From positions 21,888,001-21,952,000 of the forward strand of contig CM052832.1 of NCBI GenBank assembly GCA_028534125.1: a stretch of 64,000 bases of DNA. Direction: 5' to 3'. The notes beneath the pieces are model-generated. The model was given only the letters and a program-made list of their open reading frames with translations. It was not told where the DNA came from and did not search any database. Made by a program: the position numbers and the translations under genes. This DNA comes from Lama glama. Lineage: Eukaryota. This document shows, one piece after another, positions 24,940-37,720 of this stretch (the first letter of the stretch is position 1; every line of letters starts with the position of its first letter).

Positions 24940-25890
24940 ATATAAAAACAATTACAAAGACAAATAATCTGATTAAAAATGGGCACGAGAACTGACGAGA
25001 CATTTCTCCAAAGACACACAGATAACTCATAATCACATGAAAAGATGCTCAACATCAACAGCCATCAAGAAAATGCACATCATTGACACAACATTGTAAA
25101 ATGATTATAAATCAATAAAAAATGTTAAAAAAAAAAAAAAAGAAAATGCACATCACACCACAGTGAGACACCGCTTCACATCCTTTAGGATGGCTATAAT
25201 TAAACAAATAAAATAAAATAATAAAAAAGTGTTGGCTAGGATGTGCAGAAACTGGAACCATCACGTACTGCTGATCAGAATGTAAACTAGTATAGCTCAT
25301 TTGAAAACAGTTTGGCAGTTCCTCAAATTGTTCAGCATAGAGTTAACATGCAGCAGAGATCCAGAAATTTATTTCCTGGGTGCATAATATCTATGTCCAC
25401 ACAACAACTTGTACATTGATGTCCACAGCAGCATTATTGTTAATAGCCAAACAGTGGGGAAAACCCACATATCCAGCAGGTGCTAAATGCAGAAATAAAA
25501 TGTGGTGTAACTATAAAATGGAATATTATTAGGCAATAAAAAGAAATGATGTGCTGATACATGCTGTAACATGGATGGACCCTGAAAACATGCTAAGTGA
25601 GAGAAGTTAGTCACAAGGGAACACGTTATATGATTCCACTTAAATGAAATGTCAGAAGAGACAGAAAGCAGACTGGTGATTGCCAAGGGCTGGAAAAGCT
25701 GGGAGGACTGAGGGGTGACAGCTAAAGGATGTGGGGTTTCTATCTGGGGCAATGACTGTAGTGATGAAGGCACAACTCTGAATATACTAAAGGGTATTCA
25801 GTTTACACTTTAAATGGTGTATGGTTTGAGAATGAATTAATACTTCAAATGGTATATGAACATTACTATCTCAATAAAACTGTTTAAAAA
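24940..25890 (+). mobile_element. Old L1 (L1MB-like) 3' end
   Basis: aatctgattaaaaatgggcacgagaactgacgagacatttctccaaag...atggatggaccctgaaaacatgctaagtgagagaag...tatctcaataaaactgtt. Confidence 0.85.
25083..25139 (+). mobile_element. Very young ~57-bp L1 3' end nested in the old L1
   Basis: ttgacacaacattgtaaaatgattataaatcaataaaaaatgtt plus poly-A. Perfect 16-bp TSD aagaaaatgcacatca at 25067-25082 and 25140-25155. Confidence 0.9.
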
Positions 25891-26239
25891 ACAAAACAGC
25901 AGTAACAACAAAGAAACTACAGACAAGCTTGAGCCACAGCGTCACCACTGATCTCATTTCTGTAACCTCTGCCTAAATATCTCCCCCATCATCTGCCCTA
26001 GCAAACGCCTTCTCACCCTTCCCAGCTGGGTTACACGGCGCCACCCCTAGGAAGCCTTGTCTACGCTCCTCAGAAAGAGTTAAGGCACTGCTTCCCGTGT
26101 GCACACAGATGGGCTTGTGGCACATCCTGGAAAAGATTCATAAATGTGTCTCCCTCTTAGGATGAGTCCCTCAATGGACTATTCATTTTAGAATCCCCAG
26201 AGCCAAGCTCAGGGTTTAGAAGAGAATATGCTGTTACTG

Positions 26240-26375
26240 TGGAGGGATGGCTGGATGGATGGATGGATGGAAGGAAGGAAGAAAGGAAAGGGAGAGAGAG
26301 AGGGAAGGGAGAGAGGGAAGAGGGTGGAAAGAGGAAAACTGGGAGGAGAGGGGAGAGGAAATGCATGAATGAACA
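26240..26375. repeat. (GGAT)n/(GGAA)n and purine-rich low-complexity tract
   Basis: Read directly from the sequence. Confidence 0.8.
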
Positions 26376-27769
26376 AATAAGCAAGGATCAGGGCAGCAGA
26401 AGGCATATTAATGAGCACACATCAAGACCAAACTTGAAAAATTAAAAAAAAAAAAAAAGACCAAACTTGGAGGCAAACAGACTAGTTCCTGTCAGCACTC
26501 AGGAGTCAGCCCTAGAGAAATACTACTTTCAGCAGAAGCTGGGGTCGAGCTCTGAGACACAATCTGGTATTTATTCCAGGGGATCTTCTTGTTCTAAGAG
26601 GAGCAAAGACAGCAGCAACCTTTCATTCTATGAAACACTGTGTACCGATAAAAAATAACTGCACTTACAAAAGTATCATGGAAAAAATGCATTTTTCATT
26701 TAAAAGACATTATGCAATTTATACATATAATTACAGAAGTAAAAGAGAAAAAGACTATGTATAAAAAATAGATTAGAAGGAAATATCCAAAATGTTAACA
26801 GTAGCTATATTTAGGTAATGGCACCCGTGGTCTGAAGATCAGGTCTTCCTGGACTCCAGAGGCTTTCCGACACGACTCTGGGCCTGACAGGGCAGAGCTT
26901 CTTCCCCACGCCTGATCCCTTCCATCTGGAGGTTCTGTATCATCTGACTGGCTCATCTGGAAGGGCTGGCTCCTCAGAGAGCTGGCTTTGGCCTTAAGGG
27001 TCTTCTTCACCCAATTATTCAACAGAGGCCCAGGCTGGGACCTGGCAAGCCAAGGTTCTAACATTAGCCTTGAAGAAAGCTATTGCAATAGTTCAGAGAT
27101 TAGGTAATAAGGGCCAGGGGTAGGCTGTTAATTATAAGAAAACAAAGGCTCAAGTAGGAAAGAGGTTTCTGCAAAAAACAAAACACCTCAGTAAGTGATC
27201 AGATATGGGAAACGACAGAGGGAAGACTGGAGCTTTCTACCCAGAAGCCTAGTGCAAAGCATGACACCAGTAATCTAAGTGGAAGCTCTAGGGAAAAGCA
27301 GGTCAGAGGAAGAGTGTCACTTCACCATGAGACATGTTACCGTAAAATATCTATCCAGGGACCTTGGCAAGCACAACTGTGCCACAAACAATTGCACGTG
27401 TATGAAAAGAACTTGTGTAAGGTCAGTGATGCTGGTATCACCCAAGATGACAGACAGTAGGCACTGGGTGAGAAGGACTGTTGTACACCAGCCGTAAAAC
27501 TCATCAGGCTGGTGGAAGCGTGTCACAGAGGTAGAACGGGTGGGCAGGACTTCAAAAGAGGAGTGTTTGCCTGATTGAGTAATGGTGACAGAACAATGGA
27601 CTTAAAAAGTGGGAGCAAAAAGCAAAAGCTGTCCTGACCTCTTCTCTGCCTTATGAATCAGAGGGAATTTGCCTAGAAGTCACAATGCAATTAAAATGCT
27701 TGACTTAATTTCCTGTCAATTTCCACTTGACTATGCAATGAATTAGAACTAAATGACCACATCTGCATT

Positions 27770-27980
27770 TTACCCTTTGCAAAGCATTTTCAAATATCTT
27801 ATCTCATCTGAGCTTCCCAACAGCCTCATGAGGTAAGTATTTAAGATCCCCATCTCACAGATGAGGAAGCAGGGATAGAAAGATGTCACTTGCAAAGAGG
27901 CGCCATAAACTGGGAACCAGGAGACTGGGCAGGGATCCACCTGTGTCCCTAACAGGTGAACTGAAGCACTCTGAATCCAC
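27770..27980 (-). mobile_element. MIR SINE
   Basis: cccaacagcctcatgaggtaagtatttaagatccccatctcacagatgaggaagc. Confidence 0.75.
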
Positions 27981-28289
27981 GCCATCAATACCCCTTCTGA
28001 GGGACACTGTGATGTTGTCTTTACTCCCGTGTATGGGGATTATTTCTTTCATGACATCTAAAACAACTACGCTTTGCACTTTTAGTCACAGATTATAGTC
28101 ATCTCTTTTTCTCTAAAAAAATTAATTTTACATTTGGAATGTTACAAATTACCTATTTCTCATGAAAAGACCTATGAAGTAGAAAGAAAAGATGAGAAAG
28201 CGAACAACAGAGGGATGAATAAGGACAAAACAACTGAAAAGTGAACAACGTAAGAGGAGACCGGAGCGCCCCCCCACCCTTTCATAATG

Positions 28290-29545
28290 ATTCGGTACAA
28301 AGTGAAGGGGGGTGTTGAGCAAGGCTGGCAGCCGTGCTCAGGGAAGGCAGGTGGCCATCTAAGGAGTGGTATCAGAGCCCATCCAAGAGAAGGAGGGTGT
28401 CAGAGCCCAAGCAGGACGAGGGAGGCATCTGTATGGGAGGGTGACCTGGCATGAGGTATCAGTAGGTGAGAAACGAAGAGGGTGGGGGTGGCCACAAAGG
28501 AGTGTGGCCTGATCCATGTGTCAGAGTCAGCAGAGAGCATCCACCCAGGCAGGCAGCCCAGCCCAGGGGCTCAGAGCCCAGCAAGAGCAAGAAGGGCATC
28601 CCTGTGGGGGAGCAGCCCAGCAAGGGGCATCAGAGCTGGGGCCCAGTGAGATGGCACAGGCACCGAAGGGCAGCCAGATCTGCGGGAGCCTAGGCCCGGG
28701 GAGGTGAAGGGGCCTCCAGGGGCGGCAGCCGCCAGGGGTCTGCTGTCAGCGCACACGCCGGGGAGGGAAGCAGGCACGCAGGAGGGCGGCCCTGGGAGGC
28801 TCTAGGAGGGAGTGCTCACAGGGCACTGGGCTCCAGGAGGAGTGAGGCGGGCACCCCTGGAGACGCAGCTAGGTGCAGAGCAGGAGGTCAAAGAGGGGAA
28901 AGTCTGATGAGGAAATTTACATAGCTCAAAGAACCTCCCCATCGAATACACTGCTAACTACAACGGGAAAAAAATAACCTTTCAGTACAGAAACTTGGCA
29001 GGTATCACCTTAATTAACTGATCAAAGTTAACATCCCCGATAACGGGGCAAATCAAAGTCAGGTGTCACTTGACAGGATGCACTAAGTGGATCCATTCTG
29101 AAGACACTCCTGTTAACGATGCATAACTTGAACCCAATCAGGAGAAGCATCAGACAAACACAAATCACAGTCCGATCGTTCAAATCCCTGGCCTGCTTCC
29201 TCAAAAATGACAAACAAGGCAAGGAAGGAAAAGAGAGAAACTGATTCAGATTAAAAGGGTCTTAGGAGACATGACAACTCAATGCAAAATGTGATTCCAA
29301 ATACGTATCCTCCTGCTGGGAAGGACATCACGGGAATAACACGTGTGAGGGCTGAGGAGCAGGCGGTGGCGAGGCCTACGGGTCAATTCCCCATCTACCA
29401 AGGCTGCGTTGCTGTTTTTGTTGGACAATAGCTTTACAGGAAACAGACACTAAAAATTTGGGACAATGAGGCATCAAGTGAACAGCTTACTATCCAGTGG
29501 CTTCGGAAAAGGTTTTCAGCAGTGCTCCTGCAACTTTTTTGTGAA
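28290..29545 (+). mobile_element. L1MC-type 3' end including a GC-rich degenerate tcagagccca repeat array
   Basis: Repeated (g)tcagagccca units at about 28370-28640, then agaaacttggcaggtatcaccttaattaactgatcaaagttaacatc and cataacttgaacccaatcaggagaagcatcagacaaac, typical of the L1MC 3' UTR. Confidence 0.6.
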
Positions 29546-30034
29546 CATCATTTTTTTCTTCTTTTTTAAAATTTTAGTTTTTAAACAGAGGTGATAAGAG
29601 AGGCAAACTGCTCGGTAACATGTGGCTGCCACCAAAAAATTGCCGGAGAATAAAAGGCACTAAAAAACCATGGAATGTGACTCTCTATCCACATGGAAGT
29701 ATTTTTTTCTCTGATAGGAAGATGTGGGTGAGTTTCACGAGGACAATGTCAGTGGCAGGACCAATAAAGGTATCAACAAAGTGGGGTTTTTGTAAATGTA
29801 AAAGGAATATTTATTTTAAAAGCTGAAGAGAAAAAAATTCACACATAATTATATTCATACATCTTCACTTATATATGGAGAAATAAGTGAAGCTGATTCA
29901 TGTCTTTGATGACTAAATACTACATATATTAGATAAAAGACTTTATCATTCTGTTATTCATGCACTAACCTATTTCCAACTAAAAAATAATAATCCAGTC
30001 TCCCTCGTAGTGTTTTTAAGAATCTCTAATTCAT

Positions 30035-30860
30035 CCAACAGTCATTCATGGCAAAAACACTCAGAAAACTAGGAACAGAAAGTGTCTCCCTCAAACACAT
30101 AAAGAATATCTAACAAAAATCCTATAGTTAACATCACTTAATGATGAAAGACTGAATTCTTTCCCCCTAAGATCAAAAACCAGACAAGGATGTTCAATCT
30201 CACCTCTCAAATTCAGCACAGTACAAGATGGTCCAGACAGCACAAGGAAGCCAAAAAAGAAGCAAAATGCAAACAGACTGGAAAGAAAGAAAGCTGTCTC
30301 TTTTTGCAGATGACGTGATTATCAATGTAGAAAATCCCAAGGAATTTACAAAAAACTTCTAGAAAAACTGGGTTCTCCAAGGTCACAGAATATCAAATCA
30401 ACAAACAAAAATCAATCACATTTGTATATACTAGCAACTCACAAGTGAAACAAATCAACAAATGGACTACCACTGATAAGTGCTCCAAAGAAAATGAAAT
30501 ACTTAGGTATAAATCTAAAAAAATGTGTACTAGATCTATATGCTGAAAAGTAGAAAATTTTGTTGAAAGAAATTAAAGTAGACCAAATCACTATAGAGAC
30601 TTCCCATGTTCATGGATTAGAAGACTCAAGGTAGTAAGGATGTCAATTCCCTCCAATCTGATCTGTAAGTTTAATGCAATTCCTATCAAAATCCCGGCAA
30701 GCTTTTCGGTAGGCACAGACAAACTTACTCCAGAATGCATATGGAAAGGGAAAGTCCCTAGAATAGCCCAAACACCTCTGCAAAGGAAGAAGGAAGTGGG
30801 AGGAACCAGTCTGCCCACTTCAAGACTTCTTGTGTAGCTATAGAAATCAAGACATTGTGA
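30035..30860 (+). mobile_element. L1 ORF2 (reverse transcriptase) fragment, degenerate
   Basis: ttgcagatgacgtgattatc (FADD motif). The ORF track shows MSIPSNLICKFNAIPIKIPASF...WKGKVPRIAQTPL. Confidence 0.9.
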
Positions 30861-31314
30861 CCAAGGGAGACTCTCCCAGGAAACATGAAGCAGGGACAGC
30901 AGATGGATTAACTAAGGAATTTAATCCACTGCCTGAACACGAAGTCTTCAATATTCATATCCTCCAGAACATGGTACATTTGTGGACCAGTGACTATTCT
31001 GAGTTTCTAATTCTCTCCTTTTCTAAGTGGGAGGATTTATTAAAGTTATCTTGTTCCTGTAACCGTTACGGTTTTCTGGGTGTACTAGGAACACAGATTT
31101 TTCTCTTTTAGCTTTAGGTCATCAGAAGACAACCAGCTACAACTAGACCTGATGGAGAAAACTACACATGAAACAGACATCTTAGACTATGAGGCAGATG
31201 CAATCATGAGTGAGATCAGGCATCTCCCTCAGAGAAGTGGTGACTGTATTCAGTGTAAAATGTATTCATAAAGAAGAAGCTATATTTTGATTTTAGCTAG
31301 CCAAAGTGGCAGAT

Positions 31315-31830
31315 TTTGCAGATACTATTGGTTAACAAACCCAATACCTAGTTCCAAACTCCTTCTCCCTTCTCCACCAGAGGCTGGAAAAGCTACATCA
31401 CACTTTCTCAGCCTTCCTTCCAGTAACGGTGGCCACATCAAACAGTTTGGGCCATAACTCTTAAGGGGAAGTCTGCTGTGCTACAAGTTTTCTAAGAAGG
31501 CTTCTGGTTTCCAGGTAGAATGAAGAAAGGTTCCAGAAAGGCTTTTGGTTTCGTGGTAAACAGAGAGATGCTGCGGTCAATCCACACCTCTTCGTGGCAC
31601 CTCAAACAGAAAGGCAATGCCTCGAGCAGGAGCAACCATCTTGCAGTAATGAAGGAAAGGCCAAGAAAATTACAGAACAGCAGCCCTGACACTGCTGAGC
31701 AGCTAAGCCAAAGTCAGCAAGACACCTACCTCCAAACTTCTTACGCAAAGAAAATAAATCCTCATTAGTTTGAGCCACTGTTGATTGGGTGTTTTGTTAC
31801 GTACAATGCAAAGCATCCCTATCTAAACAT
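31315..31830 (+). mobile_element. Old ERVL-type solo LTR (LTR33/LTR16-like)
   Basis: cactttctcagccttccttccagtaacggtggccac...gcaaccatcttgcagtaatgaagg...tttgagccactgttgattgggtgttttgttac. Confidence 0.6.
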
Positions 31831-34319
31831 GGGGTGTGTTATCTAATAAATTCTTATGAAATATGAATGATTTACTATTGCATGATCACTACTAATAATA
31901 ACCAATCTTTCTAAAGCCTTTTGGAGTACTTATTTAACGAATATTAATTTGGTAGTGTGTTATAATATACATTCCCTGCATAATACGTTCACTTAGCCTC
32001 TCCAGACTTCATTTCCTTTCTTTCATTCAACATGTATTTTGAAGAGCCTACCATGTGTAAAACACTCTACCAGATGCTGGGAAAACAGACAATGATCAAG
32101 ATTTAGTCAAGGTTTCTCTTTCCAACTAGCTTACTTTCTAGCAGGAAGCTTATTTGCAAAAATGAGACAGACGGAAAATGATCTCTCCTAACAACAACGT
32201 TTATGTAAGCGTGAAGTAAGAGTGGCTTCAGAAGTTAAATAATTACAAAATTAAAGAAGGAGGAAAAAAATATACTCAGTCCACACTCTCAAGCCCCACT
32301 CTGCCCACAGCAGCTGCAGCAAGGAAAACATAGATCCTAAATCAGACTTGAATGATTGGGTAATGGGGAACACAATTAAGGCAGGTCTCGGAGACAGTGC
32401 TATGGTTTTAAGCCTAAACCAGGAAGGCTGATGTATGTCAAAGGGGTGTAGAGTCTCCCAATTCCAAGTTTATACACTCTGACAATTTTTTTTAACTTAA
32501 CAGTCCATGTTTACCTCTATGATGATATTTTATAATCTTTACTACAGCAAAATCTGTTTATGTTATGCTCTCTCCAGAAGCAATTCATTGATTGTAAACG
32601 CCTTACTTCTACTTAACCTCATAGGGAAAATAGATCTTAATGGTACAAATCACTTAAGAGAGTCAAAATACACAGACTGCATTTAAGCCAAATATATCTC
32701 ACTTATTGAATTGGGCCTTATAGCAATATATTGACTTTTTACACATTACCTATATAATGTGACTCATTAGAAAGCCCTAATTTTCAGGAATTGTCATAAG
32801 TCACAAAGACATTGAAAACTTTTCAATTAATTTAGTGAATTTCACACATTTCCCTGGTGAGAACTGTGGGAAACACACTGGACTAACATACCACCACTGG
32901 AATTCTTACTGAATTAATCAATTCAGAAAAGGTGAAACAGATTGATGCAACACTTTAACTTTAAAAAAAAACAGTAAAATTTTCTCTAACAGCCGTTTTT
33001 ATATTTGATAGAAAACCCTGGTAAATAATTTTTAAAGTCTGTACAACACATTTTTTAAAAGTCTGCTGAAGTAGAGTAGAATATATAACTATTTCTAGAT
33101 TACAGTTACAAAAACAGATACCAGTCTTACCTATGGTTTTATTCTTACAAAAAGTTCCAATAGAAATAAGATAATTTTTCCCAGGAATTAACTGTCCATA
33201 ATATCTCTATCTAGAATGCGTCAGTGTTTTATCTCACTGTGACCATAGCAAAGACAAATATTGTCTTTTTGAATTAAGTGTGCTAAGTATTCTGGGAAAT
33301 CGTGTTACTACTCAGAAAACACATGAAGAGAGAAGGTGCGACTGTTTTATAAACCATAATCACAGGATCTATGCCAAAAAGCATAGAAGCATTAGACAGA
33401 ATTTTGTTTCAACAAAATCACGATTACAAGGAAACTATTTCTCATCTATAGCCTACTTTAATACCCACTGTTGATGTGAATACCCTCAATTAAACAGACA
33501 AAACTGGCCTCCTAAACTCTGTAGAAATATGGTACTACACAGAATTTTAAATACAGAAGCTTATGTAAAAGATTTTAGTACTAAGTAATCTTATAATTTG
33601 AAATACGTTTCAAATTTTCGTCTCTTCCCTCTCCTCCACTACTCCATTTATGGAAATGGATGTTTTAAAATTAATTCTACCCCTTGGTTCTAATCCAAGA
33701 TCACAGCTCAGTTTCCTACGAGTCTGGGGGGCTCAGGGTGAGCTGTTAAGAGAGCATCCGGGTGAGGAGAAACAGGGATCCAACTACATCAAAGGCGGGC
33801 CTTGCATATTGTGCATACAGGATGGAGCAGCAGCCGGACGCTCTATTATCTGCCCAGCCTGCTCCTGAGTAAGAACATAACACAAGATACATCTTCAAGA
33901 GGGAGAAAACGTCTTATAAAAACAAAATACTACGAGTTTTTCTCATGAGTTCTTTTAACTGATTGACAGGGAAGATAAAGACCTGCATGGTATAGTGGAG
34001 GCTGTCTGCATGGCTCTTAGCTCTGAACACTACTACTCCACTCCTCAAAAATGGGCTCTTCCAAGAGCTGACCGGCCCCTCATCCTAGCGGTCATCCCCT
34101 CCCCGCAATCACAAAATGCCTTCTCATAAACTTTGAAAACAAACCCCTTGAATTAGGCTGAAAACTCTCCCAAACTGCATAGGATCTAGTTTCAAGAAAA
34201 GAATTCCACAAAAGCTGCATGAAAAGATTCTCCAATCTCTCAAAGAAAGCCTATTCATAAACCAATATGCCTTTTAAAATGATACAGATAGACAGACACA
34301 TCAATACATAGATAAAAAT

Positions 34320-34545
34320 CATAACTAGTATTTATTCAGGACATTTTTGTGCCAGACTCTCAGAGTTTTACATGTATAAATTCATTCAATCCTTACAACA
34401 ATTCCATGACACAAGTACATGGCTGTCTCCATTTTACAGATGAGAGATCTGAACTTAAGTAACTCAGCCAAGGTCACACACTACCAAATGACAGAACCAA
34501 GATGTGAATTCAGCAACTGGCTCCAGACTCTGCAACCTTAACCAT
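34320..34545 (-). mobile_element. MIR SINE
   Basis: ctccattttacagatgagagatctgaacttaagtaactcagccaaggtcacac. Confidence 0.8.
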
Positions 34546-36554
34546 CACTTACACACTACTGCTGTCAAATGTATTTAAAAGCATTTCAAAATAAAACAGT
34601 AATAAAATAAGGGTCCATAAAACAGTACTATTTTTCTTTATGTCAGGCACCATGGCTTAGAAATCAACAAAACCTCCCTATTAATTACTAACCTCCACCT
34701 TGATTTACTTTGTTCAACATATTATACAGCAAGCATTTTGCGCTTTATTAAAAAAAACTTCTGAATCAGTATACTACTCCTTCTGTAAATTTTATAGCAG
34801 TAAGATTTTATTTTAACAAGGTTTGAACACAACAATAGCAATTTCCCTTTCCCAAGGAGTTTGGGAAAGTATATTACAAAGGATCCTATTTAAAAACCTT
34901 TAACACACTGAATAACCTAAGTGTTATAAAAAAAGTCTAAGTTGGCAGGCTGTTATATTATTATATCATATCCCCACTCTCCATGGTCCAAATGGGTCAC
35001 TGCATAAACTTATTAGTGTGCTTCCTTGGCTTACAAAGTTAGTTTACATACTGATTATCTTAAGATTTTTCAAAAATCGCCATTTTTCTAAAATAAGGGT
35101 ATATATTTCACTATAATGTTAAACTCTTTTTCTGTTGATACTAAAAAACGAATAAACTTCCTGCAATGACAAAACTTGTCTACAACTGTTTATCTGAAGA
35201 GAAGTTATGCTTTGCCCTGGAAACAGACAGATTTATATTTCATTGCTCACTAACCCCAGAACACCTTTAACATACATTTTTCTTCACCAAAAAAGCCATA
35301 CAAAAATAATACAATGAGTCTCACAAATATGTTCATGCATAAAAACTTTTTCTTAAAAAAAGCCTGGCAAATGCAAGGGGTGGGGGGTGTCTCCTTTCTC
35401 TTTCAGATTAGGATTAAAAAAAATCAACATGTCAATTCCTAATGAAAATGATAGCCAATTAAGCTCTTTAAAAACTGAGAATTGTACTAGCAGCTAAGAT
35501 AACAATTAGGTATTACAGTAGTACTTAAATGTCAACAGTAACTTTGCAGAAGCAGTAGAGTGAAAAGGGCTTTCGAGGAAAAATGTGCTGGTCAAGGCAA
35601 AAGAATCACAGAACTTACCTTTTTCAAATCCCAATGAACTACAACAAAAGAAAATCAGCAAAGAAAAATACCACAATGTTCTAACCTGAGAAGGGGCCAA
35701 ATTTAATCTATAAATTTAGGGAATATGTCATCTGAAGGCAGAGTAAACATATAAAACTGAAAACAAAACATTTCGGTCATCAATCCAATGTTATTCTTCA
35801 CTCCCTTTGCCCACATTATCCACCCGAAACTGAGAAACAAAACAAAACAAAAAAATACTATGAGGATAGAAGGTGAATGGATAAAATTTTCAAGCATCTC
35901 ACTGATAGAACCCAATTTTTATTTTTTAAAAAATGTTCAAATGTATGAGGACTTAGGCAACACAGTATCAATAAACGGGGGCAGGGGGAGTTTGAGTATT
36001 AAAAAGCTAGATAATTCATGGAAGAATGAAAATGGCTCAGGAATGAAGAAATCCTTACGCAAATCCTTATCCTGGGCGTGAATACCGGGTCCATCCAAGT
36101 ACAGCTAAACAACAAAGCTAAACAACAGAAAGGGTACCTGTGTGGGACAGGATAAAATTGCCATAAACTTGTAAAACATTCTGTGGTTTTTTTGTTGTTG
36201 GTTTTTGGGTTTTTTTTTTTTTTTGGTTATTTAAAAAAATTGGAGTTATACTGAATTAGAGTTGGAGACACAGGTAAAAACTCATGTTTAACCTAATACA
36301 GATACATACAAATATCTACACACGCTTGTATACACACACAAATATCTCCTCCATCTGCCACCTGAGAGGGTCTGAAAGACAGGACAAGCACTGGCAACGG
36401 GTGCACTGAGACCCGGTCTTGGCCTCTACTACATCTCCCCAGTAGAAGGAACAGGGCTCCTGGGAGAAATGGCTGCTTCTGGCCGTGAACAAAGAAGAAC
36501 CAAGTGTGTTGCTCACCACCCAACTCTACAAGGGTTAAGAGGTAACCCACAGCA

Positions 36555-36956
36555 GCTGCTGACAGTGCACCCTGAGAGGAATTCAGGAAGAAAAAAATGG
36601 TGAGGCATGCTGTGCATTAGATAAACAAGCCCCATGGATAGCTAGATGGATACCTCGGGAAGAACTTCAATGACCCCAGATTCTTGCATCTTCTCATACA
36701 CAGAAAAACACTAGCATCATTTAACTTGAGATATCTGTTCTTTGTGGTTAGCAATAATCACTCACCAAGATGTATGCCTGACTGCATGTATTTCCTAGCC
36801 AAAAATCACATACAAACTGGCTTCTCCCTTACCTCTTCAGAGCAGTTTCCTCAGAGCTAACCAAGTGGCTTGTCTCCCAGGCTATAGTCCTCCCCAAGAC
36901 CCTGAATTAAACTTATGCTCACAACTCTTCTGTTTGCATTGTTCTTTAAGTCAACA
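36555..36956 (+). mobile_element. ERV1-type solo LTR (MER39/MER34-like) within or next to an L1MC 3' end
   Basis: Ends ...tgtctcccaggctatagtcctccccaagaccctgaattaaactt...ttctttaagtcaaca, with a terminal CA. The 5' boundary is uncertain. Confidence 0.55.
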
Positions 36957-36959
36957 TAG

Positions 36960-37720
36960 GGATGGGGTGGAAAATATACAAATAAGCCTGCAACATCTTG
37001 TAGCACAATAAAGTGCCAAAAATATTTTTTTTAATTAAAAAAGAAACTGATGGAGATATGTCAAAGGGAGAAAGGAACAAGTGAAAGATCTCTCAATGGC
37101 CAAAGTGAGAACAATTTAAGTAACAAAATTAAGTTGCACTGGATTATAACCTAAAGTATAAAATAATATCCATAGTGATATAAATAAAAGACTGAATAAG
37201 TTAATAAATAAGGGAGAAGAGACATCTCCCATGCAGAAAAATTCCAAAATGAATTATGTCAATATTCCACTCTAAAGGAAACTGAACATCAACTCCCCAC
37301 TCCTGAAGTGTGGGCTACACATAAGTGACTTCCTTCCAATGAGCACAGCACGGAAAGGGTGGGGTAAAGGGGGATGATTTTACAGTGGAGAAACCTGACA
37401 AACACTACTGCAGGCAGCTGATCAAGGTTAACATCAGTCATGAATCATGTTGATAGGGTATGATATGATTACATGATATGATGTAATGAAAATGGCACTT
37501 TAGTTGTGTGGTCTTCCTCCCCAAAACCCATCATCCAAGTCTAATCATGAGAAAAACACCAAATTCCAATAGAGGGACATCCTATAATATCTAACAACCA
37601 AGAGTCCTTAAAACTGTCAAGGTCATCAATAACAAGTAGTCTGGGAAACTGCCCCAGCAAGAGGAGCCTAAGGAGACATGACAAGTAAATGGAGACTTTA
37701 ATTCAATCAAATGACAATAG
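36960..37720 (+). mobile_element. L1MC-type 3' UTR
   Basis: aactccccactcctgaagtgtgggctacacataagtgacttccttccaa...tttacagtggagaaacctgacaaacactac. Confidence 0.75.

Noticed and set aside
33120..33145. TAG|GTAAGA recursive-site-like junction on minus
   Set aside because: The upstream sequence is A-rich with no polypyrimidine tract.
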